From Vicugna vicugna (lineage: Eukaryota), in contig MU063738.1 in NCBI GenBank assembly GCA_013265495.1, positions 248,001 through 312,000 of the forward strand: a stretch of 64,000 bases of DNA. The letters run 5' to 3'. Below are positions 48,401-60,400 of this stretch, piece after piece; position 1 is the stretch's first letter; each line of letters starts with the position of its first letter. The notes below the pieces were generated by a model, which saw only the letters and a program-made list of their open reading frames with translations, was not told the origin of the DNA and searched no databases. The translations under genes were made by a program, and so were the position numbers.

Positions 48401-51400
48401 GTCTTCTGGGGTGATGCTGAGACTGAGGGCAGGCAGAGCTGCCTTGAGGGAGCCATTCAGTTGAGCCCAGAACCTCTCAAGGCTGTTTCCTATAAAGCCT
48501 CCTTAGTTTTCATACTAAGACAGTCTTGGGTGGCTGAGTCAGGCCCTCTCTCTGAAAGCATCCTGCAAATGAGAAGCTAAACACACAGAGGAAACGGGGG
48601 TCTGGACACCGCCGGCTGAGGGCCTGACAGTGACAGGCGGCCACACCTCCCCGGCTGGCCCTGCAGCGACCTCTCCCTGGTGACTGGCGGGACGTGTGGC
48701 ACGGGCTCCGCAGGGCGGACCTTGTGCTTCTCGCTCCTTTGGAAGGTCCCGCAGGAGCCACAGCGAGGGCGGGCAGGCCTGGCGGGTGGGCGAGGGACGC
48801 ACAAGCCTGGGTGTCACCACGGCCTCCTGACGGCACAACGGCGAGACCTGTCTGACCCCCGCAAACCACGGAGCTCGGCCCACAAAGCAGACGCTACTGA
48901 CTAGACGCTCTCAGCCCCCGTGGGCATCCTGATCACAAAGTGCAGTCGGCAGGGAGCGAGGTCAGCACCACCCCGACCCGGCCCCCCACCTCCTGAGCAC
49001 CCCCGCGAGCCGGGCGACGTCCCTGTCCTCCAGGGTGCTGTCCGCGTAGGGGGCGGCGCAGGGAGCTCCTGGCACCTACTCCCTCCCTACTCTCCTGGTG
49101 GCGGGGCTCCCGTGTCCTGCAGGCACCCACCCCACCAGCCCTGCTACCAGCACTCGCCAGGACCCTCCCAACGGTGTGAAGGCACCATCGTCCCTCCCCG
49201 AGGTCACAGAGGACGCAGCAGTGCAGAGGCTCCTGATTTAGGGTCGTGACCACCACGCTCCACGACCCAACTCAGGACCACCCATCCCCGGCTACAGAGG
49301 CTGGTTCAGGGAAGCTCACCCAATCCAGCGAGGGCATTGGACACGCAGTCACCAGGACAGAGGGTGCCTCGTCTCCGTGGTCTGCACGAAGGAGACGGCA
49401 CAGTTGGGATGGCAGCTTCTGCCTCCGGGCGGCGCTGGGCTGGGGCCACCACGCAGACTCCGAGGTACACGAGCCTTTTCCTTGAACTGCATGACATTGA
49501 CTTCTGTCGCCAGGAGACGCTCAGCAGGGTGACCACAATCCCTAAGGCTGGTCCCGGTGAGGACAGGGTCATGCACCCTGCAAACAGGTGACTTCCCTGA
49601 CCACCAACTGCCAGCAGATACTAAGGAATCAGGAACTGGAAAAATGCTCACTTACTAAAGAAGTGCTCGAATGGGGAAAAGCAGGTGTTTGAGTCATGCT
49701 GACACCAGCAGACACTTTCTGAGTCTGTAACCTGGAGCAGAGGCTTCACCAGCCAGCTTCCGTGAATAAAGTTTTACTGGAACAAGGCACTCCCAGTACG
49801 ACACACTGTTCACGCAGCAGTGGAGCTGAGTAGTGGTGATGGACGGCGTGGCCCAGAGCAGAAGCTACTTAGCACCAGGCCCCTGACGTGGGAAGTCTGC
49901 CGAGTCCTGGCCTCTGGGTTACGTTCCACTATGAAGACCGGACCGGCCTGCACCACCGCCCCAGCCCGTGCTGCTGGAGAACTGGCGTAATGCCTGCCCT
50001 CTCGAGGGATCAGACAGGGCGCTGACTGTCCACAGCCTGCAAGGGGCCTCGCTGGACACAGGAGAAACGCAAGCCTTGGCACTTGTCAGCACAGACAGTC
50101 CCGTGACCTACCCATCTAGCCGAACCTTTCCCAAAGTCCCCAGTCCGCAGGTAAAGCACCATCGTGAAGCACAGAATGTTTCATTTGGTTACGTGACACC
50201 CAAACATGTTATTTCCCTCTTAAAATGCTTCTATGACCTGCAAAAGCCTCAGAAACAGATGCAGAGCTGTGGCTCCAAGACCGCACTTAGAGTTTTAGTC
50301 TGAGCTGTAAGTTTGCTAAAGGGCTGAGTGTCCCTTCTTCCTGCCCAGGAGTCAGGGCCGTCGGTGTGCTTCCTGGTATAAGAAAACAGTTCAGGGGGAG
50401 GGTACAGCTCAGGGGCAGAGTGCGTGCCTGGTACGCACCAGGTCCTGGGTTCGGTCCCCAGCACCTCCTCTAGTAAATAAATAAATGAATAAACCTAATT
50501 ACCCCCCCCAAAAGAAAAGTTTAAAACCTGGGGGAGCAGGTACTGCAGAGGCGCCCGTGTCAGCATCTAGGGGCTGCACGGGAACCCGCCTGGACATACT
50601 GTCACGGCTTCCTGATTAGAGAAACCCGTGTCTGTAAGTGGCTGCTACCTGACTCCTGACCCTGCGGAGGAACGTGGACATGGAGGGAGGAGATGGGGAC
50701 GGGTCACTTGCCCAATCCCCGACAGCCCAGGACAGCAATGGCCGTCAGTGCCCCCGCCCCGCCCTGTGGGCAGGCCTGCAGACAAGCCCCACGCTGACGC
50801 GGCACCTCAGGCCTGGGGCTGGAAGGCGGACATCAGGGTGGAGGCGCTCTGGCCACGCCGCCCACGGAGAAAGGGAGACCGCAGTGACCACGGGAGTGCT
50901 CGGACCCCACTGAGGGGAGCTAGCCTCCCGGAGGCTGCAGGGTCCCAGCACAGGACCACTCCCATCAGAGAGCTGAAGCCAGCACTCAGAAGACCCTCCC
51001 AGCGCGTCCACGTCGGTGGCGCGTGGACCTGGGGACGCCCAGCTGGGCAGGACCTTGCTCTTGAGAAAGTCGTCAGCTGTTCTTGAAAAGCACAACTTGG
51101 GAAAACCACCAGCAGAAGGCTCAGCAGGATTTCAGCACCTTCTTGTGCGTGAAGGACGCGGACAATTCTCCCTGCTCTTTAAAGGGGTACGAAGCCCCCG
51201 TTGTGACAAGTGTTTTCTGAGACGCCCACTCCAACTGGAAACGAAGCTCTTACATGAAGTACTCAGCTAAATTTATGCAGAAACAACACTAAAACATGAA
51301 GGGGAAACGGAGGGGGAGTGATTCACGAGGAGACAAATATTCCAACGTGTGAAGTTCTGGTCCAGCAACATGAGCAGGCACGACGGAGGAGTCGGGGCTT

Positions 51401-54400
51401 GACTGGTCAGCAATGCCCAAAAGGTGGAAGCCAGACGTGGCCCTGGGGGACACGCCGGCTCACGAGGTAGCTACGCAGGGACGGGCACCACTGCGTCACC
51501 GCTTCTCCTCCGTTTGCGCGGTGGTTGGATTTTTGGAGCCACCACTGCCAGAAACTGAGTTTATACAAAAAATCAACTCTTGATTTTGGACTCAGGCCAC
51601 AGAAAGGTTCCTTCTACGACCACTCAGGGAGACGAGGCCCAGAGGCTGCAGGACGGTGCGTCACGGGGGGTGCGCCCACAGAGTGCACGCACACCATCCC
51701 CGTCGCCGCGGCCCCTGAAAGCACCACCCCCCGAAATGCTCCTCTTACTCTCCCATACTTCACGCGCTTCCTAAAGCATAACGCGCTACCTCTGTAATCA
51801 TAAAAAACAAGCTCCAGCAGTTTCGAGCTCACCGGTGTCCCTCCCACAGGGTCACAGGCCACTCGCACAAACTGACACCTAGAGGGCAGTCAGAGGCAGA
51901 AGGAAGAAACCGGGGTTTAAAAAGAGGTCAAGAGGTTAACTACCCTACCTTTGGTAGCTGACAAACTTCCCACATCTTTAAATAAGACGTTCAACCCAAG
52001 TCCAAACAGATACTCTAAGATCAACTTATTCTATCTTAAAAAAGATTTCTGACTAAAGCAGAATTCACTGATGTAATGGGACAGTGAGTCCAAAAATTAC
52101 AGGGTCTCTAAGGAATACACGCGAGCTTTGATTACTGAGATTTGCTTGGCAACGGCACGATCTAAAATTAATAGAGTCCTTAAAAGGAAGATGCCAAAAG
52201 CAACTTTGTTCTCAGATGGTTTATACAGCTTGGCCAGAGCAAGGCACAAGAATGACCCAAATATAGAAAACTCAGCATCGCCACATCCCAGGAACCACAG
52301 CCGCAAAGCAAGCACAGACACGCAGCGAGGAGAGACGCGCCAGTGCGCCTGGGGTCTCCGTGTCGGGGGCAGACCCTCCCGGGTCTGGGCAGAGGCAGCT
52401 TTCCAGTCCTTCTGTCCCCACCTCCTCCCCAGACGGCCACCGCTCTGGGGGCTCACGACAGCCCACCCAGTGAACCCGCCCTCCTTTTGTCCTCTGAGCA
52501 TTATCATCAAATTTCCCAGACCTCTCAGAACCCTCTCACTCTGGGGACAAGCTAAGCCTCTTCTTCCGGCGAAAGATAAAAAAGCTGAGGGAGAAAATCT
52601 GCATTATCTTTTCACTCTTTTAAAAGGAGAAGAAGCTCACTTAAAAAAAAAGAAAAGATTATGATTGTTTACGGTGTTTTGTGAACAATGTTCCTTCTCT
52701 ACACGAACAACCAGTTCTGACAGCTCACCTACCGTGCCTGCAAAGTGAGTCAAAGGCTCTCCACACGCAGGCTGGGCCGGGACATACCTTACCATATTAG
52801 GCCATCGGGCCCCAGAGAGAAGGGAGCACAAACCTCCAAGGATTTTACCTAAACGGAGAGTCAAGGACGCCCAGTGGGCGCAGATGGACAGAAGCCCCTG
52901 GAGGCCTCCCAGAGAGAGGGAACTTCAGGAGATCAGTGACCAGATTAACAATGCGGCAGGAGGGAGCAGGACCCGCCGACGACCAGAGGCAAAGCTGTGG
53001 ACAATCAGAGCAAAGAGGAAACAGGGCCACTGCTTACCCAGAGCAGGTGGGGTCGGGGAGGAGGGGGCAGCAAAGAGCCGTGGAGTGAGCCACTGGGAAC
53101 ACCAGGCCTAAAGCGGGAAGCCTGGGGGACGCGGCCTGCTCCTGCCCGCCCGGCTCCGCACACACCAGACGCTAAGTTCGGGCGCCTTGCCTTCCTGCCC
53201 CGGCAGCCCTCAGCACTTGTCTCGGAGCCCCCGGGCGCTCTCCCAGAGCCCCGAGCCACTTCCATCCTCTGGGTGACTTAACTTCAAACCCACAAGATGC
53301 GATTCCACAGTCAGCGCTCACCCTCGTCCCCATTCAGAAACGACCTGAAACCCCCGTCCTACAGACCAGGAGAGGGGTGCACCTCCTCCAGAGAGCTCAG
53401 GGCCGCTGGGGAGTGCCCGGGGTCTGGTCCCGGGTCACCCCAGAGGGTCACGGAAGAGGCACGACAGACGGAGAGGCCCTGGTGACCGCGGGCTGCAGGG
53501 CAGCCACAGCCACAGCCGGGAGCGCGTCTCCCTGGGCCTCAGCTGGTCTCTAAAATGAGAAGCTCAGAGTTGTTTCAGTTCCGAAACCCCACGTCCCAAC
53601 TGCCACTGTGGCCAACTCTGGGTCCTCAGGCCTCCCTGCCTCCACGTGCTCCCTGGGGGACCCGTCCTGGCTCCCGGCTGGGGCTGGGTTGGCTGCTGTG
53701 TGGTTGGCCCTCACCTCTCACCTTGACCCCGCCCTCCTCCTGGACACCACTCAGATACGTGAAGCAGCGCTGCGAGAGCCAGACCCAAATGCCTGTTTTC
53801 CCCACCACACCTGGCCCTCCTAGTCTTCTGCACCTCAGCAAATGAAAACGCCAACCTCCCAGCTGCCTCAGCTGGAAGGCCAGGTGAGCCTCACCTCACA
53901 CCCAGTCCAGACACCCTCCCGGTTCCCACCTCAAACCCGTCCAGGACGCGGAGACATCTCAGCACCTTCCCAGGCGTGGCCACCCTGGCCTGCAGCACCC
54001 CATCAGCTCTCCCTGGACCACCTGGACCCCTCACAGTGTGTCTCTGAGCAGCGGGTGGGGGCCCTTCAGGGTTAAGTACCACCCTGTCTCCTCTGTCCGG
54101 AGCTCGACACGTGTCTCCCACGCGCTCAGGACACCAGCCGGAGCCCTCACGCCCACTGCCGGCATGCTAGCCACTCGTGGTCCCCAGGCACGTCACCTCA
54201 CAGCCGGGCCAGCGCTGCCCCTCTGCCCACAGCGCTCCGCCCACACACACCCGCCAGGCCCCCAGCGCACGTGCTCCCAGTCCAGGCTCCAGGGACACCC
54301 TCTCACAGGCCTCTCCTGACCCCCACAGGACGCCCCCTACAGGCCCTCACCTTTCCAGCTGCCAGTGACCCAGCACGTTCCTTCCATCGCTCACCCTCTT

Positions 54401-57400
54401 CACCATAACCTAACTCGACAAGGGTGGGCTGTGTCAGTGTGACGACACAGGGTCTGGAAAGCAGGCAGCTCAAAGCACTGGTTCAACAACCACAAGTGGG
54501 AAGCAGGTTGTAAAAGAGGCAGCACAGGTGGGAAACACCTCGAGGGCCTCCCACACCGAGGCCAGCAGGGGGCGCCACCCGCCCACCCACGGAGTCCGGA
54601 CGCCCTCAGAAGTTGCCGTTCCAGACGACCTTCCCTTACTCAAGCAGGTGAGATGCCACAAGCAAGTCAACTCAGACAGGTAGCCGGCTCAGTAAAAACC
54701 AGATGGCAAAGGGGGCGGAGGAGGCGTGCCAGCCCCAAGCAGGCCACCCGGAGGCCCTGGACGCGGCAGGGCCCACCTGGGAGCTTCATGTCCCCACGTG
54801 TCCCAGCCCCCCGGGCCACAGCTCTCTTACCTGTGAAAGGAGCTTCGTAACCCGGGTCATCTCTAAATTCCCTCCCAATTCTAAGACACCCAAATTTAGG
54901 AGGCGAGCCACCGTACAGCACCGAACTGGAGACCTCAGTGACTCCCTTGAACACAAGCTGCCGCCCTCTGTTCGCCAGCATCGCCCGTGCTGCCTCTCGG
55001 GGTAAATTCAATTACCCAGCAGCTGGCCTGGGACACGGTCTGCCTGGAGAAGCACGTGGGGGAAACGCCGAAGGCAGCAGGTAACACTCAGGGCCGACCA
55101 AAAGGAAAGCAGGCCAAAGACGCAGGTAAAGAAGATGAACAGAACAGAAGGCCGCCCGCGTGCAGGGCGCCCACAACGCACCTCAGAGCAAACAGCCTGC
55201 CATGTGCGCACAAAGGGAACAGAGCACTTGTGACTGCGGTGACCCCCTTCCTCCACTGACATCCAGGTCCAGGGCCTGTTCCACTCAGCAAGACAAGGGC
55301 TGCAGTAAGACGTCTGGAGACTGTCACACAGCAACACGGGCAAACAGACAGGCCCTCTTTGGACAGGTCTGCAAGGGGGTGCCGAGAAACCAGACATACA
55401 CGCTCGGTCTCCCGGTTCGTGGGTCCCCGCGCGCCGGGTTCACACGCGGAGTGTCGGGCCCAAGCGCTCAATCACGCCTCGGAAATGCCTGTGGCTCTGC
55501 CCTGCACCACGCTGCCCACCAGGCGTCAGGGCCGCTCCGGCCACACATCTCGCCTGTGGGTGATCGCCAGCTGCGTCTCACCAGCCCAGGCACAAAAGAC
55601 ACAAGAGCTCGGTGACGCCAACGGGGGTTCAGGCTAAACAGCAGGACGGCCCTCCTGACCACGCTGCTGTCCCTAACACACAGGTGAGAGCCTCAAGAAT
55701 CTTCCTGTGAGATCTTTGAGGGAAAAACCATTTTCGTTCCGACCTTGACTGGAGACACAAGACGACTGAAGTTCCTTTTCTACCCTTAAAGTGAGACAGT
55801 GTCCCAGACCGAGCCCATGCACGCGGTGTACTAACTCGCGGGCAGGGGTCAGAGATGGTGGTCTGCGGGTGGTCACACCAGTGTGTACGACTGTCAGAAC
55901 TCATCAAACGGTGCACATAAGGTCTGTGCAGACACCGACTGGAAACAGTCTCTCAACTGAAAAAAACATGCCAGAGACGTGGGCAGAGCTAACTTCAACA
56001 ATGAGAGTGCACCACCCTCCAGGGGCAGGCTAAGAGAGGCGGGAGCTGCCGTGACCCGGGCAGCTGACACAGGCATCCTGCGCCAGACCCGGGGGAGACG
56101 GCTGTGCTCCCCGACCGGCAGAGCGGCCTGCCTGGCGGCTCCTCTAGGTCACTGCGGGGGCACAGGGACGTGGAGGAGAAGCCTGGTCCCAGCCCGTCCC
56201 TGGTCGGCTGCAGGCAGAGGTGCGATGACTCGCCGGGACAGGCCTGCTGCTCTGTGGGCCACGGCAAGGGCACCATGGCAGGCCAGCATGCATCCAGGGA
56301 GGAGAGCTGGGGAGAGTTCCACTGACATTTACCAGGGAAGCCTCGCCCCAGCCCCGGCCCCGTGCTGACCTGGCCAGTCTGTCCTGAGCCACCATGGGTG
56401 GCTGGGCCTAGTGCCCAGAGCTGCTGGCAACGGTGGGCTGCTCACTCTCACAGCTCGCCTTGGAGTCCACGTGCCACACGGTAAAAACTAGCAAAGGCCT
56501 CGAGCCACAGGATGAGTGGGATATGTTCAGTCTGACTTTATGTCAAACATCGACAGTCTACGTTTCCAGAAATCAGAAATCTTTTTCTATGACTTTAAGT
56601 CAACAGTCCTAAAATGTAACCAGGAAGCCTGGCCCCGTGAGCACTTCATCTTCCTCCCGTGGTGCCCGGGGTGTGGGCTCTCCATCAGGTGGAGGCCAGC
56701 AGAGACCCCGGACAACCACCAGGCCTTCCTCGCTGTTCCTCCCATGGTTCTCTTTATGGATCGAAACAGCCCCACAGCCCCTGTGGGGGACGGTCCACTT
56801 CAACCTCCGTGATCATGACTGAGATGCTCTCTGCAGGTCTTTCCCACTCCCCACTACTTTCCTACATTCACTCTTTCGGTCTCTCACAGCCTCTCTAAGC
56901 CTGAGGGCTGAAGACGCCGTGCCTGCCCAGGGAGCCCCACGTGGCACCTGCACCTGCAAGCAGCCGCCGCCTCCACCACCCAGCTCGCCGCGCACCACCA
57001 CGGGCCTGCGGGCCGGAGGCCACCGCTGACAGCTCTGGATCTGGACTAGGACACGGGCAGGTCAACGACAAAACAGGGCATTACTATTTCCTCTGCTGAA
57101 AACGGACTAGTTGCTGATTTTTCCGTACGGGTCATTAAATCCATTCTGAGAGCATTAGGTCATGTGACGGCAGGGAACAGAAAAGGCCATTTTTTTACAT
57201 AATTTCCAAAGAAATGCACATGTCGCCTCAACTCATTTAGTCAGGACCAACCCCTTCCTTCCTGAAAAGCGGCAGCAATAAGAAAACCACTGACTTTCCA
57301 TCACACGTGAGTGGCTCACGAGAGCCCAGGCATCCGGGCAGCCAGCCGTCTGCCGCGGGGGAGCTGCGGGCCAGCCTTAGGCGTCTGAGTCCCGTAAGAG

Positions 57401-60400
57401 CTCTGCCTCACTTGAAAGTCAGAGACCAGCAAGCTCTGGACGGTGTGATGCTCACACTGCTCACTCCCGCACAGAGGACGAAGACACTCCGTGACTGGGC
57501 CAGGGCTTGGCAGCAGGAAACTTGGTCAAGAGCCTGCCATTGTTACACCGTTTAAGAACACAGGACGCCCGAAACTTCTGAAGACGATAAAGCGCTACAG
57601 AATTTGAAGACTCTTCCAACGAAAAAAGAACAGAAGAAGAAAGCGGTACACCACCCAGCACTTGGCACATCTCAGAGGAAGTCTGCCTCCAAACTCCCCT
57701 TGGGCCAGACCCGCACAGAGCCTGCTCTCCCTGCGACGAAACCTGCGTGCACACGAGCAGGGCTGAGGCCTCGAGGGACACTCCCAGGCCTGCGACTTAC
57801 CCACATCTCCTTCACATCGTCAGAGACATCGGCTCCGTCCTCCTGGAGAGGAAGGAGGGAGAGAAACAAGAGTGTCAGTCACAGCCCCAGGAGCAGCACG
57901 GCCCCATAGCCACGTGCCCTGGCAGGGAGCGCTGCCTGCCGGGGGCGCCGCCCCTGCTGCTCTGAGGGTCGCCACAGGCCGGCTCGGGCCGCCACCTGCA
58001 GTCGGAAGCCCAGTGCCCCTGACTGGTGTGGAGCACCTGACGAAAGAGACCTGGCTCCACCTCCACAGCCTGGTCCTCCGGCCTCGCGGCGCTTGTCTAA
58101 CCGTCGCTAATCAAGGGCTGGGACTGTCTCACCTCTGGCCTCGCTAGGCGGCCTGTCTAATTTCAAACGTGTCCCTGGTAACCAGGCAACTGTGCTGGCC
58201 GCTCGATTACTAAAATGCCCACATGAAGCTGAGCGGGAACAGTGGGAACAAGGGGGTGAATCAAAGTCCTGAACGTGTGCTTGCAATCAAGCCCTGGAGC
58301 GCCTGTCTTTGTTTAAAAGCCGAAGTTAATGTTTTATATCATTTGTTCCTCTTTTCCTCCAAAGCAGTAAAACTGAGTCAGGGGAGCACGTGAGCCGGGT
58401 GAGCGTGCGCCGCTTACAGACCTCCAGGCCCTTCACGTTCTCACCACACTCCGGAACATTCAGCTAGAATCTGCTCCGTCGTGTGGGGGTGCTGCTGACC
58501 TCATGACTCTCTGGGACCCCGGGAGGAGGGGTGATGTCAGACCAGCTCCCCCACTCACTGTATTTGGCTGTCTGGTAGCTGTGACCGTTCCATGTGCCCA
58601 CCTTCACCACTGGCTGCTGCCTGCCCGCCCCGCGCTCAGTCCCGCTCCAGGCCCCAGACGGCAGGGACCTTCCAAATGAGTCACACCCCAGGTGAGCCTC
58701 CCTCGGCTCTGTTCCCGACCACGCAGGATTCAGGGCATGACGTGGAACTCCTGAGCTCAGCATGAGGGCCACGGTCGAGACAGCTGACCAGTCCTGGCAC
58801 AGCCTGCCCACTTACATCCTGTGTCCAGAAGTTGATGCCTGTGCCTCTCCGGCGTTCCCTGGGCCGCCTCCTCTCACGGACGGTCAGCCTGTGGGAGGAC
58901 GCGTCATCCAACTCTGCCTCCTCACCCTCTGGTCAGAGAGAACACAGGCACAGGTCTTGAGAACCTGGGGTGCTGCTGGGGGGTCCACACTCCCAGAAGC
59001 CCTCCTTACCATTTCTGTCCCTCTCCTTTGCTGTCGCAGCGTCCACAGTCATCTCTGAACTCCCAGGACCTGGGTCGGAAGGTCTGCTCATCCGGAGCAG
59101 AGGGGAACCAGTGAAGAGAGAGGGTCGGGCCTCAGAGGACGACGCTGGCGTCGTGGGCTTGTCGGGCTGAGCTGGACACCTCAGGCGACGAGAGACAGGC
59201 TGGAATGATCCACAGGACGAGACGTCAGAGGTCACGTCCAGCAAAAGGGCAGGGACCCAGGCTTTTTGAAAACGGGCTTTTCCATACCCAGAGGCTCGCA
59301 AGTAGCAGATGCCCAATGAAGAGCTACTGAGCTGGATAATCGGCCAGAAAGGAAAGAGCCCCTGGACCCCCGCGCTGGCACCGCCGTCAGGTCGACAGCA
59401 GCCCAGGACGGCCATTCCTAAGCAGACCAAAGGGCCCAGGAAGCAGCGCCCGCCGGGTCATAAAACTTCCTCTGAAGCCGGGCGACGTCAGGAGGGAGGG
59501 TGCACGGCCTTCTTAAGAGGGGAACCGAAGGGCAAGGCGAACCTCGCAAAGCAGGAAGCTCAGGAATGGGCGGAAACGGCGTGGGAGCTCTCTGAGAACC
59601 AGGTCTGAGCACCCCGCCAACTGCCATAACCAGGCTTGCCGACAGGGCGCCAGGCGCTCAGAACAGCGCCCAGTGCTAAGCACACAGAAGACAGTAGCCG
59701 ACAAGCGAGCAAAGTAAGCCACAGAGCCTTGGGCGGGCGCTCTGCAGCCCAGCCGCCCACGGTTAGAGCAGGGCTTCCTTCTCCTGGAACTATGGTGGCC
59801 ACAAAATTTATCCTCCCATCGGGGACGTGGCACCGAGCGGAAAGGGCTGGTGCTGACAGTGCAGAGATGAAAGGTGTAACCAGAGCGTCTGGGGACAACC
59901 AGGTGTCGTGTTCGTGAGGCTGGGGCGCACGTAAACTCTTGGGAGAGCAGCACACCGAGCCGTGGAGGCAGCCTGCCCGCGGGCCGGTGCCTGCGAGCCA
60001 CCGCGCCACTGCGCAAAACGCCAGCAAGCTACTCTCTCGGTGACTCCACTCCTCACGTTTGAAAAAGGGACAGGAATGTCTACCTCCGAGGACTGTATTC
60101 AGAATTAAACGCTTTAACACATTTGACGTGGTTCAACAGCGCCTGGCACAAAGCGAACAGCGAGCACTTATGTTTCCATCTGCATTTTATCCTTCCAGAG
60201 CAGAGAGTTAAACTCAGCCACTGAACTCACGTGGTCATTTCACCGTATACCCACGTACCAAACTGTCCCGTGTATACTCAAAACTAACACAATGTTATAT
60301 GCCCACCGCATCCCAACAAAACAGGGAAAAAGCAGGAACCAACGCCTGAGGGGAGAAAGAGATCACACGAGGGTAACGAGGCCACGCCGATGGGCCCAGC

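Noticed and set aside
50394-50465. tRNA-like sequence with A and B boxes
   Set aside because: It is a SINE head followed by an AT-rich tail and target duplication, with no full cloverleaf acceptor stem.
54826-54842. Minus-strand ctcctttcacAG|GTaaga as a recursive splice site, or the donor of an ATG-containing exon
   Set aside because: The pyrimidine tract is short, the intron is far shorter than typical recursively spliced vertebrate introns, and there is no other support.
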